A stretch of DNA of 64,000 nucleotides. It comes from an uncultured delta proteobacterium (GTDB lineage Bacteria; Myxococcota_A; Polyangia; Fen-1088). Shown in pieces: positions 43,012-53,574 of the stretch (position 1 is its first letter; each line of letters begins with the position of its first letter). The notes beneath the pieces were generated by a model. That model was not told where the DNA came from and ran no database searches. It was given only the letters and a program-made list of their open reading frames with translations. The DNA lies in assembly GCA_963796685.1 (NCBI GenBank), contig CAWCMR010000015.1:1-64000 (forward strand), read 5' to 3'. The translations under genes were made by a program, and so were the position numbers.

Positions 43012-43777
43012 GATGCCACAGGAAGGACACTTCAACGGGCAAGGCGAGTGCCACATCCACACCGCGCGCGGCGGTGACACTGGAAAGTGTCAGAACGCCA
43101 GCGGTCCGAATGGGTGCGACTACAGGAAGAACGGCGGGGTTGCCGCTTTCTCACCTAGTGAGTCTCACCATGCGCTCTGCGTATCGAGCGCGATAGCTTA
43201 CCAAACGGATATCAGCTACACGATGACAGAATGCGAAACAATAGACGGTGCCTATCGGAATACCAAGTGGTGCATCAATCAAACACCGAACCTGATCAAT
43301 CTGCCGCTGAAGGCCACCTACACACCGCGGCTCAATGACGGGCTCAACCTGCCCTGTCACAACTGGGACCACAATTGTTTGGGTGGGTATACAAGCGAGG
43401 TGACAAAGGCATTGAAACGGGTGTGGAATGCGATCAAAGGCCAGAAGCGTGACCAATCCGAGAAGCATGCGACCCCGGCCGACGTGCAAGCGGACTTACA
43501 GTCGATCGCCGACGAATACAAGGATGTTCTAATGCTTCGTGGAAAACGCATGGGAGGCACGGCAAAGGGGTTCGCCATCTACGACGTACTCCCCTCGAAG
43601 TACGGAACAGATCGCAGCAAATGGCCACATCCGATGAAGCCAGAAGATTACTGGTGGTTACCCTTTTCGATGGCCAGGACTCCGATTGCTGGAGCCCGCC
43701 CAGTTGCGACGTTCGGAGGTCGGCCTCGTTGGAGACAGGCTTTGAAGCAGAGCTTGCAGGCGAAAGGAGCAATTTGA
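43004..43777 (+). CDS. Putative AHH-like (HNH-fold) nuclease effector
   Basis: ESHH, WCIN...NLINLP, LPCHNWDH...GY..EV. Start overlaps the thiolase-like gene. Followed by immunity-like genes. Confidence 0.7.
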   Translation: MFEMPQEGHFNGQGECHIHTARGGDTGKCQNASGPNGCDYRKNGGVAAFSPSESHHALCVSSAIAYQTDISYTMTECETIDGAYRNTKWCINQTPNLINLPLKATYTPRLNDGLNLPCHNWDHNCLGGYTSEVTKALKRVWNAIKGQKRDQSEKHATPADVQADLQSIADEYKDVLMLRGKRMGGTAKGFAIYDVLPSKYGTDRSKWPHPMKPEDYWWLPFSMARTPIAGARPVATFGGRPRWRQALKQSLQAKGAI

Positions 43778-43778
43778 G

Positions 43779-44366
43779 GTGAACATCAACTATTTGGTTT
43801 GGGGATGGAAGTACGACGAGGACGCATGTGTCCTCAGCGCCGTAAATGGTTTTCCAGAAAGTGACCTGCTAGCCAGGGGTGTTCCTCTCGAAAAGCGCTT
43901 TCCAACTGGCGTTACTGTCCATATGGACCCGGAACACCCGGAGGCCATCGAGTTACGCGACTTTATTCCACTTGATGACAATCCCGTCTGCTCCAAACGG
44001 ATGGCCGACTTCCTGCGTGCGCAAAATCTGTCCAGGCTTGAGTTGTTGCCGGTTGCAGTTGTGAACCACAAGGGCAAGATTGCGTCCGACGAATACTTCA
44101 TCCTCAATCCGACGTGTGCTCAGAAGTGTATCGATCCTGTAGCAAGTAAGGCTCGCCGCAGCTCGGTTGATCCAACTATGTACCTCACCATTCGACAATT
44201 GGTGATGGATCCCGAGAAGCTCACGCCGCCCGATTCGAGCATCAAGATACTACGTCCAGACGAGTACTTCGCCCCTGTGTTGGTCGAACGCGGATTGGCG
44301 AAGCAGTTGGCAGACGAAGGTTTCACTGGCTCTATGTTCACCCCAATTGACGAGTACGAACCCTAA
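43779..44366 (+). CDS. Immunity protein, Imm11/DUF1629-like
   Basis: VCSKRMADFL, ELLPVAVVNHKG, YFILNP, CID, GFTG. Confidence 0.72.
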   Translation: MNINYLVWGWKYDEDACVLSAVNGFPESDLLARGVPLEKRFPTGVTVHMDPEHPEAIELRDFIPLDDNPVCSKRMADFLRAQNLSRLELLPVAVVNHKGKIASDEYFILNPTCAQKCIDPVASKARRSSVDPTMYLTIRQLVMDPEKLTPPDSSIKILRPDEYFAPVLVERGLAKQLADEGFTGSMFTPIDEYEP

Positions 44367-44373
44367 TCGAACA

Positions 44374-45150
44374 ATGAAGCAGTTTTCAACTACGACGTTT
44401 GACGAACTCGCGGACGAGTTTGCATTCAACATGGAGAACATCCATGCCATGAGTTCCGTCGGGGACGCCGCGCGATTCTACGAGGACATCCAGCGAGTCC
44501 TGCGGGCAAACGCCATTCTTCGTATCTTCATAAACGGAGATGCCCAGGGCTTCTGTCACGATCTCACGCTAAGTGCGTACGCTCGCCGAAGCTTTCTACG
44601 CTGGGCACACCGCGATGGCTACGTGGGCCGCCGTAGCGGCACGAGCTACCGATCAGGGCTCGTGGACGCCATCGCCGCCGGGGGATTCGGCCTCGCGAAA
44701 GGGATAGGCGCATTGAGTCGACCGAGCCCTCTTCAGGGAAAAGAATACGCCGACGATTTTTGGTACGCCCGTACTACACAATTGCTGTCGTCAGATGCTC
44801 CGAAGTCCGAAATCGAGGAAGCGCTGGTATCTTTTGGCATTGCCCTGGATGGAGAGTCGTCGCCACGTTTCGATGTCTGTCGAAGCGTGGTTCTTCGTGA
44901 TGAACATGGCTTTGAGGCGGCATTTGAAGGATTGCTGCGGAAACGCGACGAGGAAACGGCTCTACTTCGGATGAGGGCGGCGGAGGATGTCGTTCTTGCG
45001 CTAGATGCGATGCTGTTCGTGGAAGGGTGCGCGCTGATCCGCATTGCAGAGCATCGGTCGATGGACGTCCCTCGCGTCTGGCGAGGTTGCCCGATCCTGG
45101 CCCTCCAGAGTGAGATGGAACCCGCTCCTGACGACGAGTTTCCTCCCTGA
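44374..45150 (+). CDS. Immunity protein, Imm49-like helical
   Basis: DAIAAG, EYADDFWY, FEAAFEGLL, LFVEGCALIRIA...CP. Confidence 0.62.
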   Translation: MKQFSTTTFDELADEFAFNMENIHAMSSVGDAARFYEDIQRVLRANAILRIFINGDAQGFCHDLTLSAYARRSFLRWAHRDGYVGRRSGTSYRSGLVDAIAAGGFGLAKGIGALSRPSPLQGKEYADDFWYARTTQLLSSDAPKSEIEEALVSFGIALDGESSPRFDVCRSVVLRDEHGFEAAFEGLLRKRDEETALLRMRAAEDVVLALDAMLFVEGCALIRIAEHRSMDVPRVWRGCPILALQSEMEPAPDDEFPP

Positions 45151-45289
45151 GCAGTGGACCCTTGCGGGTTAGCGATTCCAGTAGCTAAAGGTTCTTCTCG
45201 CATACGGAGCTAAAGTAGCGCGCGTAAATGGAAGTCTATCCTGCCTTGTTCCGCTTCCACTTTTTGGAGTGCCTGTCCTGTCCCAATCG

Positions 45290-45751
45290 CTAGAACTCCT
45301 TTTCGCACATAATGCAAACTGGCTTCTCCGGCTCGCCAATCGCAATCACCGGCCCTTGCATCACCGGCACGGGCGGCGTGTTCTTGTCGTTGTGGAGCAT
45401 CATGTCCATGGCGCGCGGGACGTTCTTGCCTTCGATTTGGACATCGAACGAAAAGTTCACGAACTCGGCCTTGCCCTTGATCTTGGACGAGACCATGCCG
45501 AGCAGGGTGCCGGCTTCGTCACCGGTGCTCATCATGAAGTTCGAGTCCTTCACACACGGGGGATTGCCGTCGCAGGTGACCTGCTTCGCGCCTTGCGCGG
45601 TATCGCTGGACTTGGCAATGTTGGGGTAGGGGATGGGGACGAACGGCGCGGGCGGGGCGGGGGTCTTGCAGACGTCGGGGAAGGCGATGGACACGCCGTT
45701 GCTCCCGGCATGGACCACGCTCATGTTGTTCACTCCCACGGTCACGGGCAT
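45290..45751 (-). CDS. Stand-alone PAAR-like DUF4150 protein
   Basis: FPDVCKTP, PIPYPN, STGDEAG, SFDVQIEGKNV, HNDKN. Short tail ending CIMCEKEF. Confidence 0.92.
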   Translation of the reverse strand: MPVTVGVNNMSVVHAGSNGVSIAFPDVCKTPAPPAPFVPIPYPNIAKSSDTAQGAKQVTCDGNPPCVKDSNFMMSTGDEAGTLLGMVSSKIKGKAEFVNFSFDVQIEGKNVPRAMDMMLHNDKNTPPVPVMQGPVIAIGEPEKPVCIMCEKEF

Positions 45752-45789
45752 GGCGAAATGCTACCGTGAAAATGGCAGGTCGCAAACAC

Positions 45790-47526
45790 TTAGCGAAACC
45801 TCTCGCCGCGCCTGACCAAGCGGTTCTGCTCCGCAGCGGCACGCTCGGAGATCAGCGTCAGCACTTGGGCCTGCTTTTCCAGGAGGCGAGGCCGGTAGTA
45901 GCCTTTGCCGTCGTGGGCCAGGCCGTGCGCGATGGCGGCCAGGGCGCCAGGCTGATCGCCATGGGCGGAGAGGGTGTAGGCGAGGTTCAGATTGGTTCGA
46001 GGATCGTCTGGATCGATGCGCTGGGCCTGGGTGAACGCGTCGTGCGCGTCGGCCAGACGCTCGCGATAGAAGAGGCAGTCGCCGAGAATGTTCCATAGCC
46101 AGGCGCTGTGCCAGGGGTTGCGCTCAAGGGCACTGCGCGCAATTTCCAAGCCCGCGGCATGATCGCCGAGTTGTAGACCAACGTACTCGGCGGCCTCGCC
46201 CAGCATCTGCCAGTCACCTGGGTTGCGTTCGATCATCCGGCGGTAGGCTTCGAGCACTTCGTTGCGTCGCCCGGCCGCGAGGTGGGCGCGCGCCTCCTCC
46301 TGCGGGGCATCCAGATGTTGGTCGGCCTCGAGACTGAATCTCTTGCTGAGGACCTCGAGCGCACCCGGCCCAATCCTGCGCGCGATGAGCCGGGTGTGGA
46401 CACGCCGCTGCTCGTCTCCCTCTGGTGCTGTCGTCATCAGACCGCGGCCAGCCAGGACGCTTTCAAGAAGCGGAAAGTTGAGCCCGATGGCCACGCTGCC
46501 GCCAAATCGTTGCACCCCAACGTGGGCAGCGACATCCTCGGCGCGGATCGGGCCGTAGTCGTTGACCAAAATGAACCCGGCCGGATCCATGCTGGTCAGC
46601 AGCTTGTCGAGACAGGCCAGTGCCCCGCTGTTGATGATGACCCTGTCGCCTTCGGGCATTGCGGAGGCCAGGGCTGCCTCCTCGGCGGTGGCCGGCATCC
46701 ACGGCCGATACGCCGTCTCGAGATCGAGGTGCGCGAGTAGCGGCAGCAATCGGACCAGATCCTCGAAATTGCCCGAAGCCGCCAGGGCGCGCGCCTCGTC
46801 GAGCGAGCCCAGCCCGGCGGCACGCAGCGCGGTCGCCCCACCCACGAGGTGCGAACGCACGCAAAGATGCTCCAGAGTCGTCGCCGACCGCTTCGCGATG
46901 GTCGATGGCAGCACGTCGAGAAGGTAGTTGCAGAACACCACCATGGGCGCGCCCAGCGGCTGCGGTGGCTCTTCGCCCAGCGCGGTAAGCATCGTCGGCG
47001 ACGTGGCATCGCACCTGCGCAAAGCCAGGTGGTCTTCGTGCCCCGCGAAGAGGGCATCCCGCTTCCATCCGAGGACGGTTCGCTCGAAGCGGTCGGTGAC
47101 CACGTAGGTCAGGCGGTCATAGAGATCGCTGATTTCCCGTCTGCAGGTGGCGGCGAAGGCGTCGAGGAAGTATCGGGCGTGCAACCCTGTCCCCGCTCCG
47201 AGCTCCAAGACAATGATTCGGGCGGGCAAAGAAGAATGGCTCTCGTTCAGTGCTGCGAAGACCAGCGCGGCCGCGTTCTCGGACAGTCGCCCAGTGTTGT
47301 TCACGAGGTAGGGAACGTCGTTGCGAACGAAGGGGATGACTCCGGCCCGATCCCAATACGCGTCTGCAAGCCTCCACTCCAGGCACTCGCCAAGCGGACG
47401 AAAGTCCTCGATTTCGGTCGGCTCGGTCGCCACGGTGCGAAGGGCATCGAGCGCCGACTTCCCGCCCGGGCCAGCCAGCCGGCGCAAAACCTCTTGCGGC
47501 GATGGCGCGTTGGAGTCCGGCTTCAT
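45790..47526 (-). CDS. MidA/NDUFAF7-like class I SAM methyltransferase fused to C-terminal TPRs
   Basis: VLELGAGTG (motif I), YVVTD, FCNYLLDVLP, GFILVNDYG, then TPRs (WLWNILGDCLF, TNLNLAYTL). Confidence 0.78.
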   Translation of the reverse strand: MKPDSNAPSPQEVLRRLAGPGGKSALDALRTVATEPTEIEDFRPLGECLEWRLADAYWDRAGVIPFVRNDVPYLVNNTGRLSENAAALVFAALNESHSSLPARIIVLELGAGTGLHARYFLDAFAATCRREISDLYDRLTYVVTDRFERTVLGWKRDALFAGHEDHLALRRCDATSPTMLTALGEEPPQPLGAPMVVFCNYLLDVLPSTIAKRSATTLEHLCVRSHLVGGATALRAAGLGSLDEARALAASGNFEDLVRLLPLLAHLDLETAYRPWMPATAEEAALASAMPEGDRVIINSGALACLDKLLTSMDPAGFILVNDYGPIRAEDVAAHVGVQRFGGSVAIGLNFPLLESVLAGRGLMTTAPEGDEQRRVHTRLIARRIGPGALEVLSKRFSLEADQHLDAPQEEARAHLAAGRRNEVLEAYRRMIERNPGDWQMLGEAAEYVGLQLGDHAAGLEIARSALERNPWHSAWLWNILGDCLFYRERLADAHDAFTQAQRIDPDDPRTNLNLAYTLSAHGDQPGALAAIAHGLAHDGKGYYRPRLLEKQAQVLTLISERAAAEQNRLVRRGERFR

Positions 47527-48539
47527 GCGCTCGCCGTGATTTCCCGGACATCGTGTGGCCCCGTGCGCAGCACCTGGTTGCCTCTCCAGAGCATCATGAT
47601 CCGTCGATCGTCCGGTTCGATAATGATGGTGTCCAAGGCCATGGCCACGGCCTGCGGCGCACCGTCCGCAAGCACCACGCTCACGGTGGGCGTGGCGATG
47701 CCGGGCAGGACGAAGGCCAGTCGCCCCTCGGGGACGACCCCGACAGCGACGACGGGCTCATCGCCGCGCAGGTATCCAGGCGCCACCAGCCCCGCCGAGG
47801 CCGCGTTCAGGTGCTTGCGGTTGAAGTCCTTGGGCAGGAGCGGTGACCGATCCTTCTTCCACGCATCGTCGAAGGTACCGGCCAGCGCCGCACGGGGGTG
47901 CCAGTGTGGCGAGAGGAAGCCAAACCCGGCGGGTGGCGGACGGTCGCCGAAGCTCTTGATCGGTGCATGCGGGTCCTCGAGGTTCGGCAACCGGATGTGG
48001 TCGACGAAGCCGCCGGCGGCGCGAAATCCGGTCCCCACGGGATTGCGTGGCTCGCAGGCATGCTTGCGGCGATCGGGGTTGTCGCGGTCCCAGCCGCCGA
48101 AAGCGCGTTCGTAGACGAGTGGGATCTTCTCGAACTGCACGGCGCCGCTCATGGACACCGATCCCAGGGTCTTGAACCAAATGCGGTCGCCCATGACCAG
48201 GACTTCCTTGCCGACCGGGCCGACCCGCAAGGCGACCATCATCTCCTTGATGCTGCCCTTGGGTGCATAGGCGTGGCCGATTAGGACAACGTCGGTGGCG
48301 GGCTTCGTGAAGGCGACCTCGGGCTCGTACTTGTACGACGACTTCTCGGGATCGTCGCCCCAGTACTCGCCGCCGAGGTTGAGCGGAATCTGTTCTTGGG
48401 CGAGCAGGCAGCGGCCGTCTCGCCCGATGGTGAAGGTCGCCTTCAAGACCGGGACGACCAGCGGCCGAAACTCCTCATCCACGAGGTACAGGGCCTCGAA
48501 GGCAAAGGGGGTTTGGTTATCCAGCTTGGGATGCCCCAT
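47523..48539 (-). CDS. DUF2169 T6SS adaptor
   Basis: LDNQTPF, KATF, KPATDVVLIGHAYAP, YERAFGG, NPVGTG, LPNLE, GTFDDAW, LDTIIIEPD. Confidence 0.93.
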   Translation of the reverse strand: MGHPKLDNQTPFAFEALYLVDEEFRPLVVPVLKATFTIGRDGRCLLAQEQIPLNLGGEYWGDDPEKSSYKYEPEVAFTKPATDVVLIGHAYAPKGSIKEMMVALRVGPVGKEVLVMGDRIWFKTLGSVSMSGAVQFEKIPLVYERAFGGWDRDNPDRRKHACEPRNPVGTGFRAAGGFVDHIRLPNLEDPHAPIKSFGDRPPPAGFGFLSPHWHPRAALAGTFDDAWKKDRSPLLPKDFNRKHLNAASAGLVAPGYLRGDEPVVAVGVVPEGRLAFVLPGIATPTVSVVLADGAPQAVAMALDTIIIEPDDRRIMMLWRGNQVLRTGPHDVREITASA

Positions 48540-48559
48540 CGACTATAGCCCCAACACCA

Positions 48560-49888
48560 TTACTGTCCCCAGGCCATGGTCGCGACCCTGGGCACGCCAG
48601 GCAGGGCCGCCTTGGCCGGATCGAGCTGCAGAAGTTGATCGAGGGCCCAACCCTTGAGATCCACCTTGGGAGGATTCACGCGCGGCAGGTTGGCCACCGC
48701 AGCCACGAGCTCGATGAGCAGAACTTCCCGTCGCCAAGTGGCCCCCGATGTAAATGCGGTTCGCAGGGTCGCGGGGCTGCGGGCTTGGCCGCCGCAATAG
48801 CGCGTTCCTGGAACGTACTTTCGCCGTTCCTTCTCCCACCATTTCTTGACCCTCTCGACTTTGGGTTCGGGCAACGAGTCTTCGCTTTTGACCGTGGGCG
48901 GCGGATCCTCGTCCTTCACTTCCTCGACGTCGGGTCCTTGCGTCTCTCCGGGTTTGGCCATGTCGCCCGCGATGGCCAAACCCGTGATGGCGGAGAACGC
49001 CTCGCCCGCGACCCGAGACTTCTTTTCGTCGGCCATGGTTTGCACGAGCACATCCGCCGAATCCGCGTCGCCCGCGAAGCCGAGCGCCCAAAGCGCATGC
49101 AGACCCGGATCTTCTTCCTTGGCCTTTTGGCGCACGAAGGTTCGATCGTTCGGGTCGGGACTGGTGGCCAAGAGTCCCAGCGCCATCCGCGAGATTTCTC
49201 CGACACCTCCGGCGAAGATTCGACATTCGTTCCAGGCGGTTTTGACCGCGAAGGAGAGGCCGGTCCGCATGGCTTCGAGCCGCACCTCGATGTCGTCGGA
49301 TTGAGACGCCGTGGTCACCCAGTCGAGGAGTGTGCGTTCGCGAAGATTGCGGATGGCCCGCAGTCCCGCCGCCATCAGCGGTGCTTGCCCACTGTGCATG
49401 GCGGCGGCGATTTGCTCGCGCACCCAGTCTGGCTCGCGCGGGCCGAAGATGTCGATGATCATGGCGCGTAGGTGCGGGGCTCCGGCGTGGAAATGAGGGA
49501 TGAGCCGACTGATGTCGGCCCTTGGGGCCAGATACAAGGCGCGGCCAATGGCGGCTTGAATAGGCAGCTCGGCCGCCGCCAGAGCGTCGATCACAACGTC
49601 TTGGTGGTCCGCGTCCTCGGCTTGCAGCAGCGTCCAAGCAGCGGCGGCCATTTCGCCAAGATCGTCGCCAGCCAGCGCGGGAATCAACAGTTTTCGTGCC
49701 ACCGGCTGGCCGCCCAGGACCAAGCCATCTAGATGCGCGAGTAGACGCTCCTCTGGGCCAACCACCACGTCATTGAGGGCGTAGATGGCCGAATCGAGGG
49801 ACTCCTGCCAGTTGCCCCACAGCCAAGCCGCCTCGTTGAGGTGCTCTTCATAGATGTCCCACAGCATGGGGCGAGCCAGGGGTGCCAT
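48560..49888 (-). CDS. HEAT-repeat protein (TIGR02270 / PA0101-like)
   Basis: WDIYEEHLNEAAWLW, EERLLAHLDGL, AGEAFSAITG, RYCGG. Confidence 0.85.
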   Translation of the reverse strand: MAPLARPMLWDIYEEHLNEAAWLWGNWQESLDSAIYALNDVVVGPEERLLAHLDGLVLGGQPVARKLLIPALAGDDLGEMAAAAWTLLQAEDADHQDVVIDALAAAELPIQAAIGRALYLAPRADISRLIPHFHAGAPHLRAMIIDIFGPREPDWVREQIAAAMHSGQAPLMAAGLRAIRNLRERTLLDWVTTASQSDDIEVRLEAMRTGLSFAVKTAWNECRIFAGGVGEISRMALGLLATSPDPNDRTFVRQKAKEEDPGLHALWALGFAGDADSADVLVQTMADEKKSRVAGEAFSAITGLAIAGDMAKPGETQGPDVEEVKDEDPPPTVKSEDSLPEPKVERVKKWWEKERRKYVPGTRYCGGQARSPATLRTAFTSGATWRREVLLIELVAAVANLPRVNPPKVDLKGWALDQLLQLDPAKAALPGVPRVATMAWGQ

Positions 49889-49889
49889 G

Positions 49890-50414
49890 TCAGTTGATCT
49901 TCACGCTGCCGCCGCGAATGCGATTGAGTCCCGTGGCGGTGGTTTCGATGTAAGCCCCGCGTAGGACGACCTTCCCGTCGCGGCGGAGCGTGATGCTGGC
50001 GTCTCCACAGCGGAGCACGACCTCCTGATCTCCCTCGACCACAACGCGTTTACCATCGACCCGCGCCTCGGTTGGCCTGGCTGGCGCGGGCGCCGTGGCC
50101 GGCGTTTGCAGGAGGCTGCCGAGCAGCACCGCTCCCGGATCGGCGGGAACCAAACCAACGACGATGGGCAGGCTCGGATCTCCATTTTCGAACAGCAGCA
50201 CCACGGGCTGCCGACTCAAGAGGGCGTTGCGGATGGTGGCGTCGTCGAGCGCCACCACCGAACGCGCGGCAAGCGGACCCGCGGGATTGCCTTCGAAATC
50301 GACGACAACCGCCCCGGGCTTGCTGCCAGGCGCGAGGCAGCCGACCTTGACGGGAGCGCTTGCCGTCGCGGTCTGGGGAACCACGGGATCCGATGGAGCA
50401 GGTTTGGTCTTCAC
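49890..50414 (-). CDS. DUF6484 (gp5-like; PA0096-like) protein
   Basis: VVLLFENGDPSLPIVVG and LRCGDASITLRRDGKV...RIRGGSVKIN. Confidence 0.88.
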   Translation of the reverse strand: MKTKPAPSDPVVPQTATASAPVKVGCLAPGSKPGAVVVDFEGNPAGPLAARSVVALDDATIRNALLSRQPVVLLFENGDPSLPIVVGLVPADPGAVLLGSLLQTPATAPAPARPTEARVDGKRVVVEGDQEVVLRCGDASITLRRDGKVVLRGAYIETTATGLNRIRGGSVKIN

Positions 50415-50498
50415 AGCGCGATCCTCAGGGCAATTAGCCTAGAACACTTGCCGTCAAAGTCCACAGCTCCTTGGCCCCGCTACCGACGCCCACCACGC

Positions 50499-50666
50499 GT
50501 AGGCGGAGCCCGGGCTTAGCCCGGCGGAGCCAGAGCGCGGGAGGGTTTGTGAACCCTCCCGGTACCGTTGCCGGGTCGATGGCTCGGATCCTTCAGGCAT
50601 GAAACGTGGCAGCCCCTCACCCGCCTCGCTGCGCTCGGCGACCTCTCCCCGCTGCGCGGGGCGAGG
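50499..50666. repeat. Cluster of REP-like palindromes/hairpins
   Basis: gtaggcggagcccgggcttagcccgg, gggagggtttgtgaaccctccc and cccctcaccc...cctctccccgctgcgcggggcgagg. Confidence 0.6.
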
Positions 50667-50690
50667 TGTTTTCAGGTCAGGGTTCCCATC

Positions 50691-53483
50691 TCAATCAAAG
50701 TCGTAGTGGAACTCACCCTCCACGACCGAGGTGGCGACCCGCGTGACTGGCTTGCTTTCCATCATGCGCGTGAGGAGCTCCTTGCTGATCACGGGCAGCA
50801 ACGTGTTGGTGAGAATGGAATCGATCATGCGGCCGCCACTTTCGAGCTCGGTGCAGCGACTGACGATGAGCTTGACGACCGCGTCGTCGTAGGTGAACGG
50901 GATCTTGTGGCTTTCGTTGATGCGCTTGGCGATGCGCTTGAGCTGCAGGCGAGCAATGTTTCCGATCATCTCGTCGGACAGCGGGTAGTAGGGGATGGTC
51001 ACCATGCGGCCGAGTAGAGCCGGCGGGAAGGTCTTGAGCAGGGGCTCGCGCAAGGCCTTGGCGATGCCCTCGGGTTCGGGCAAGAGCGCCGGATCCTTGC
51101 ACAGGTTCATGACCAGCTCGCTGCCGACGTTGGTGGTCAGGATGATGAGTGTGTTCTTGAAGTCGATGACCCGGCCCTCGCCATCCTCCATCCAACCCTT
51201 GTCGAAGACCTGGAAGAAGATCTCGTGCACGTCGGGGTGGGCCTTCTCGACCTCGTCGAGAAGGACGACGCTGTACGGCCGCCGCCGCACCGCCTCGGTC
51301 AAAACGCCGCCCTCGCCGTAGCCGACGTAGCCGGGAGGCGAGCCCTTGAGGGTCGAAACCGTGTGCGCTTCCTGGAACTCGCTCATGTTGATGGTGATGA
51401 CGTTCTGTTCGCCACCGTAGAGCGCCTCGGCCAAGGCCAGCGCGGTTTCGGTCTTTCCGACGCCCGACGGACCCGCCAGCATGAACACCCCGATGGGCTT
51501 GTTGGGGTTCTCGATGCCGGCGCGCGAGGTCTGGATGCGCTTGGCGATCATCTCCAGGGCGTGGCGTTGACCGATCACGCGCTGGTCGAGGGTGTCGGCC
51601 AATTTGAGCACGGTGTCGATCTCGTTCTTCACCATGCGTCCGACCGGAATACCGGTCCAGTCGCCCACCACGGACGCTACCGCTTGACCGTCGACGGTGG
51701 GCAGGATGAGCGGGTGGTCACCTTGCAGCTTGTCCAGATCCGCCTGCGCCTGGGTGAGCTTGGTCAGGAGCGCTGCGCGGTCGACCGGGGGTGCGGCGAC
51801 AGGGGCTGGGGCGTCGGCCTTGGGCGCAGCTTTGGGCGCGTCGGCTTTGGTTGCAGCTTTGGGCGCGTCGGCCTTGGCTGCCTCGGCCTTGACCTCCAGC
51901 TTGCTGTCCGTGCCTTCGACCCTTGCCGCTCCGCCGCGCAGCTGGCCGCGCAAATCGAGGATCTGGTCGACCAGTGCCTTTTCCTTGTTCCACCGATCCT
52001 CCAGAACGAGCAAGCGCTCCTTTTCCGCCGCGAGCTTTTCCTTGGCCTCGGTGTCGCGCTTGGCTGCCCCGGCAATACCGATGGCATCCTCGCGCTTGAT
52101 GATCTCGATTTCGGTGTCGAGCGCCTGGATGCGGCGGCGGGTATCGTCGACCTCCGGAGGCACTGCGTGCTGGCTGATGGCCACGCGTGCGCAAGCGGTG
52201 TCGAGCAGGCTGACCGCCTTGTCGGGCAGCTGGCGCGCGGGGATGTAGCGGTGGGACAGCTTGACCGCGGATTCCAGCGCGTCGTCGAGGATCTGGATGC
52301 GGTGGTGCTTTTCGAGTGTGGACGCGATCCCGCGCATCATCAGCAGGGCTTTCGTCTCGCTGGGCTCGCCCACCTGGACCACCTGGAAGCGGCGGGTGAG
52401 GGCGGGATCCTTCTCGATGTGTTTCTTGTACTCGGCCCAGGTGGTGGCTGCGATGGTGCGTAGCTTGCCGCGCGCCAGGGCCGGCTTGAGCAAATTGGCT
52501 GCATCACCCGTGCCCGCGGCGCCACCTGCCCCGATGAGGGTGTGGGCCTCGTCGATGAACAGGATGATGGGCTTGGGAGAAGACTGAACCTCTTCGATCA
52601 CCATGCGCAGGCGGTTCTCGAACTCGCCTTTCATGCTCGCGCCGGCCTGCAGAAGGCCGATGTCGAGTGAGCGCAAGCTGACGTCCTTGAGCGGTGGCGG
52701 CACATCGCCGACGGCGATCCGTTGCGCGAAGCCCTCGACCACGGCCGTCTTTCCCACGCCTGCCTCGCCGGTGAGGATGGGGTTGTTCTGCTTGCGACGC
52801 ATGAGAATGTCGACGATTTGGCGGATCTCCTCGTCGCGTCCGACGATGGGATCCATCTCGCCGCACCTGGCGCGCTCGGTAAGATCGACGGAGTATTTCT
52901 TGAGCGCCTCCTGCTTGCCCATGGCCGCGGGCGCGATGGCGCCACTGGCCTCGCCTGGGGCCGCGCCGCTGGCCGTTTGCGAACCATCGCTGGCCTGCAG
53001 CGCCGACTCGGGCGAGCCGCCCACGATCTTGGCGAAGTTGTCGGTGAGCTGCTCGACCTTGATCTTCTCGAACTCGCCCGACATGGACAGGAGGGCGTTG
53101 CGCAGGCTGGGCGTCTTGAGCAAGCCGACCACCAGGTGTCCGGTGCGGACTTGTGATTCGCCAAAGAGCAGCGTCCCGAAGACCCAGCCGCGCTCGACGG
53201 CGTCCGCGATGTGGGGAGACAGATCGGAAATCGACGTGGCGCCTCGTGGCAGGCGATCCAGGGCCGCGGTCATGTCGCGGGCCAGGCGCGAGGGCTCGAG
53301 CTGGAATTCGCGGACGATGCGGTGAAGGTCCGAGTCCGGCAGTTGCAAGAGTTGGTTGAACCAGTGAACCAGCTCGACGTAGGGATTGCCCCGTAGCTTG
53401 CAAAAGACGGTGGCACTCTCGATGGCCTTGTAGCCCAAGCTGTTCAACTTTCCGAACAGCGAAACGCGTGAGATCTCGGACAT
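50691..53483 (-). CDS. tssH: T6SS ATPase ClpV/TssH
   Basis: [51 protein letters not shown]. Confidence 0.97.
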   Translation of the reverse strand: MSEISRVSLFGKLNSLGYKAIESATVFCKLRGNPYVELVHWFNQLLQLPDSDLHRIVREFQLEPSRLARDMTAALDRLPRGATSISDLSPHIADAVERGWVFGTLLFGESQVRTGHLVVGLLKTPSLRNALLSMSGEFEKIKVEQLTDNFAKIVGGSPESALQASDGSQTASGAAPGEASGAIAPAAMGKQEALKKYSVDLTERARCGEMDPIVGRDEEIRQIVDILMRRKQNNPILTGEAGVGKTAVVEGFAQRIAVGDVPPPLKDVSLRSLDIGLLQAGASMKGEFENRLRMVIEEVQSSPKPIILFIDEAHTLIGAGGAAGTGDAANLLKPALARGKLRTIAATTWAEYKKHIEKDPALTRRFQVVQVGEPSETKALLMMRGIASTLEKHHRIQILDDALESAVKLSHRYIPARQLPDKAVSLLDTACARVAISQHAVPPEVDDTRRRIQALDTEIEIIKREDAIGIAGAAKRDTEAKEKLAAEKERLLVLEDRWNKEKALVDQILDLRGQLRGGAARVEGTDSKLEVKAEAAKADAPKAATKADAPKAAPKADAPAPVAAPPVDRAALLTKLTQAQADLDKLQGDHPLILPTVDGQAVASVVGDWTGIPVGRMVKNEIDTVLKLADTLDQRVIGQRHALEMIAKRIQTSRAGIENPNKPIGVFMLAGPSGVGKTETALALAEALYGGEQNVITINMSEFQEAHTVSTLKGSPPGYVGYGEGGVLTEAVRRRPYSVVLLDEVEKAHPDVHEIFFQVFDKGWMEDGEGRVIDFKNTLIILTTNVGSELVMNLCKDPALLPEPEGIAKALREPLLKTFPPALLGRMVTIPYYPLSDEMIGNIARLQLKRIAKRINESHKIPFTYDDAVVKLIVSRCTELESGGRMIDSILTNTLLPVISKELLTRMMESKPVTRVATSVVEGEFHYDFD

Positions 53484-53574
53484 CTTGGCTCTTCCTCCTG
53501 TGGCCCTGGGGCCACCCTGCTGGCGGTTGGATTGGGGAGAATCGTCAGGTCGGGTTGGGATTGTACAGGACGGT

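Noticed and set aside
51811-51880. 30-bp repeats inside clpV (KADAPKAA)
   Set aside because: Low-complexity linker expansion in the variable middle region, with no evidence of a separate element.
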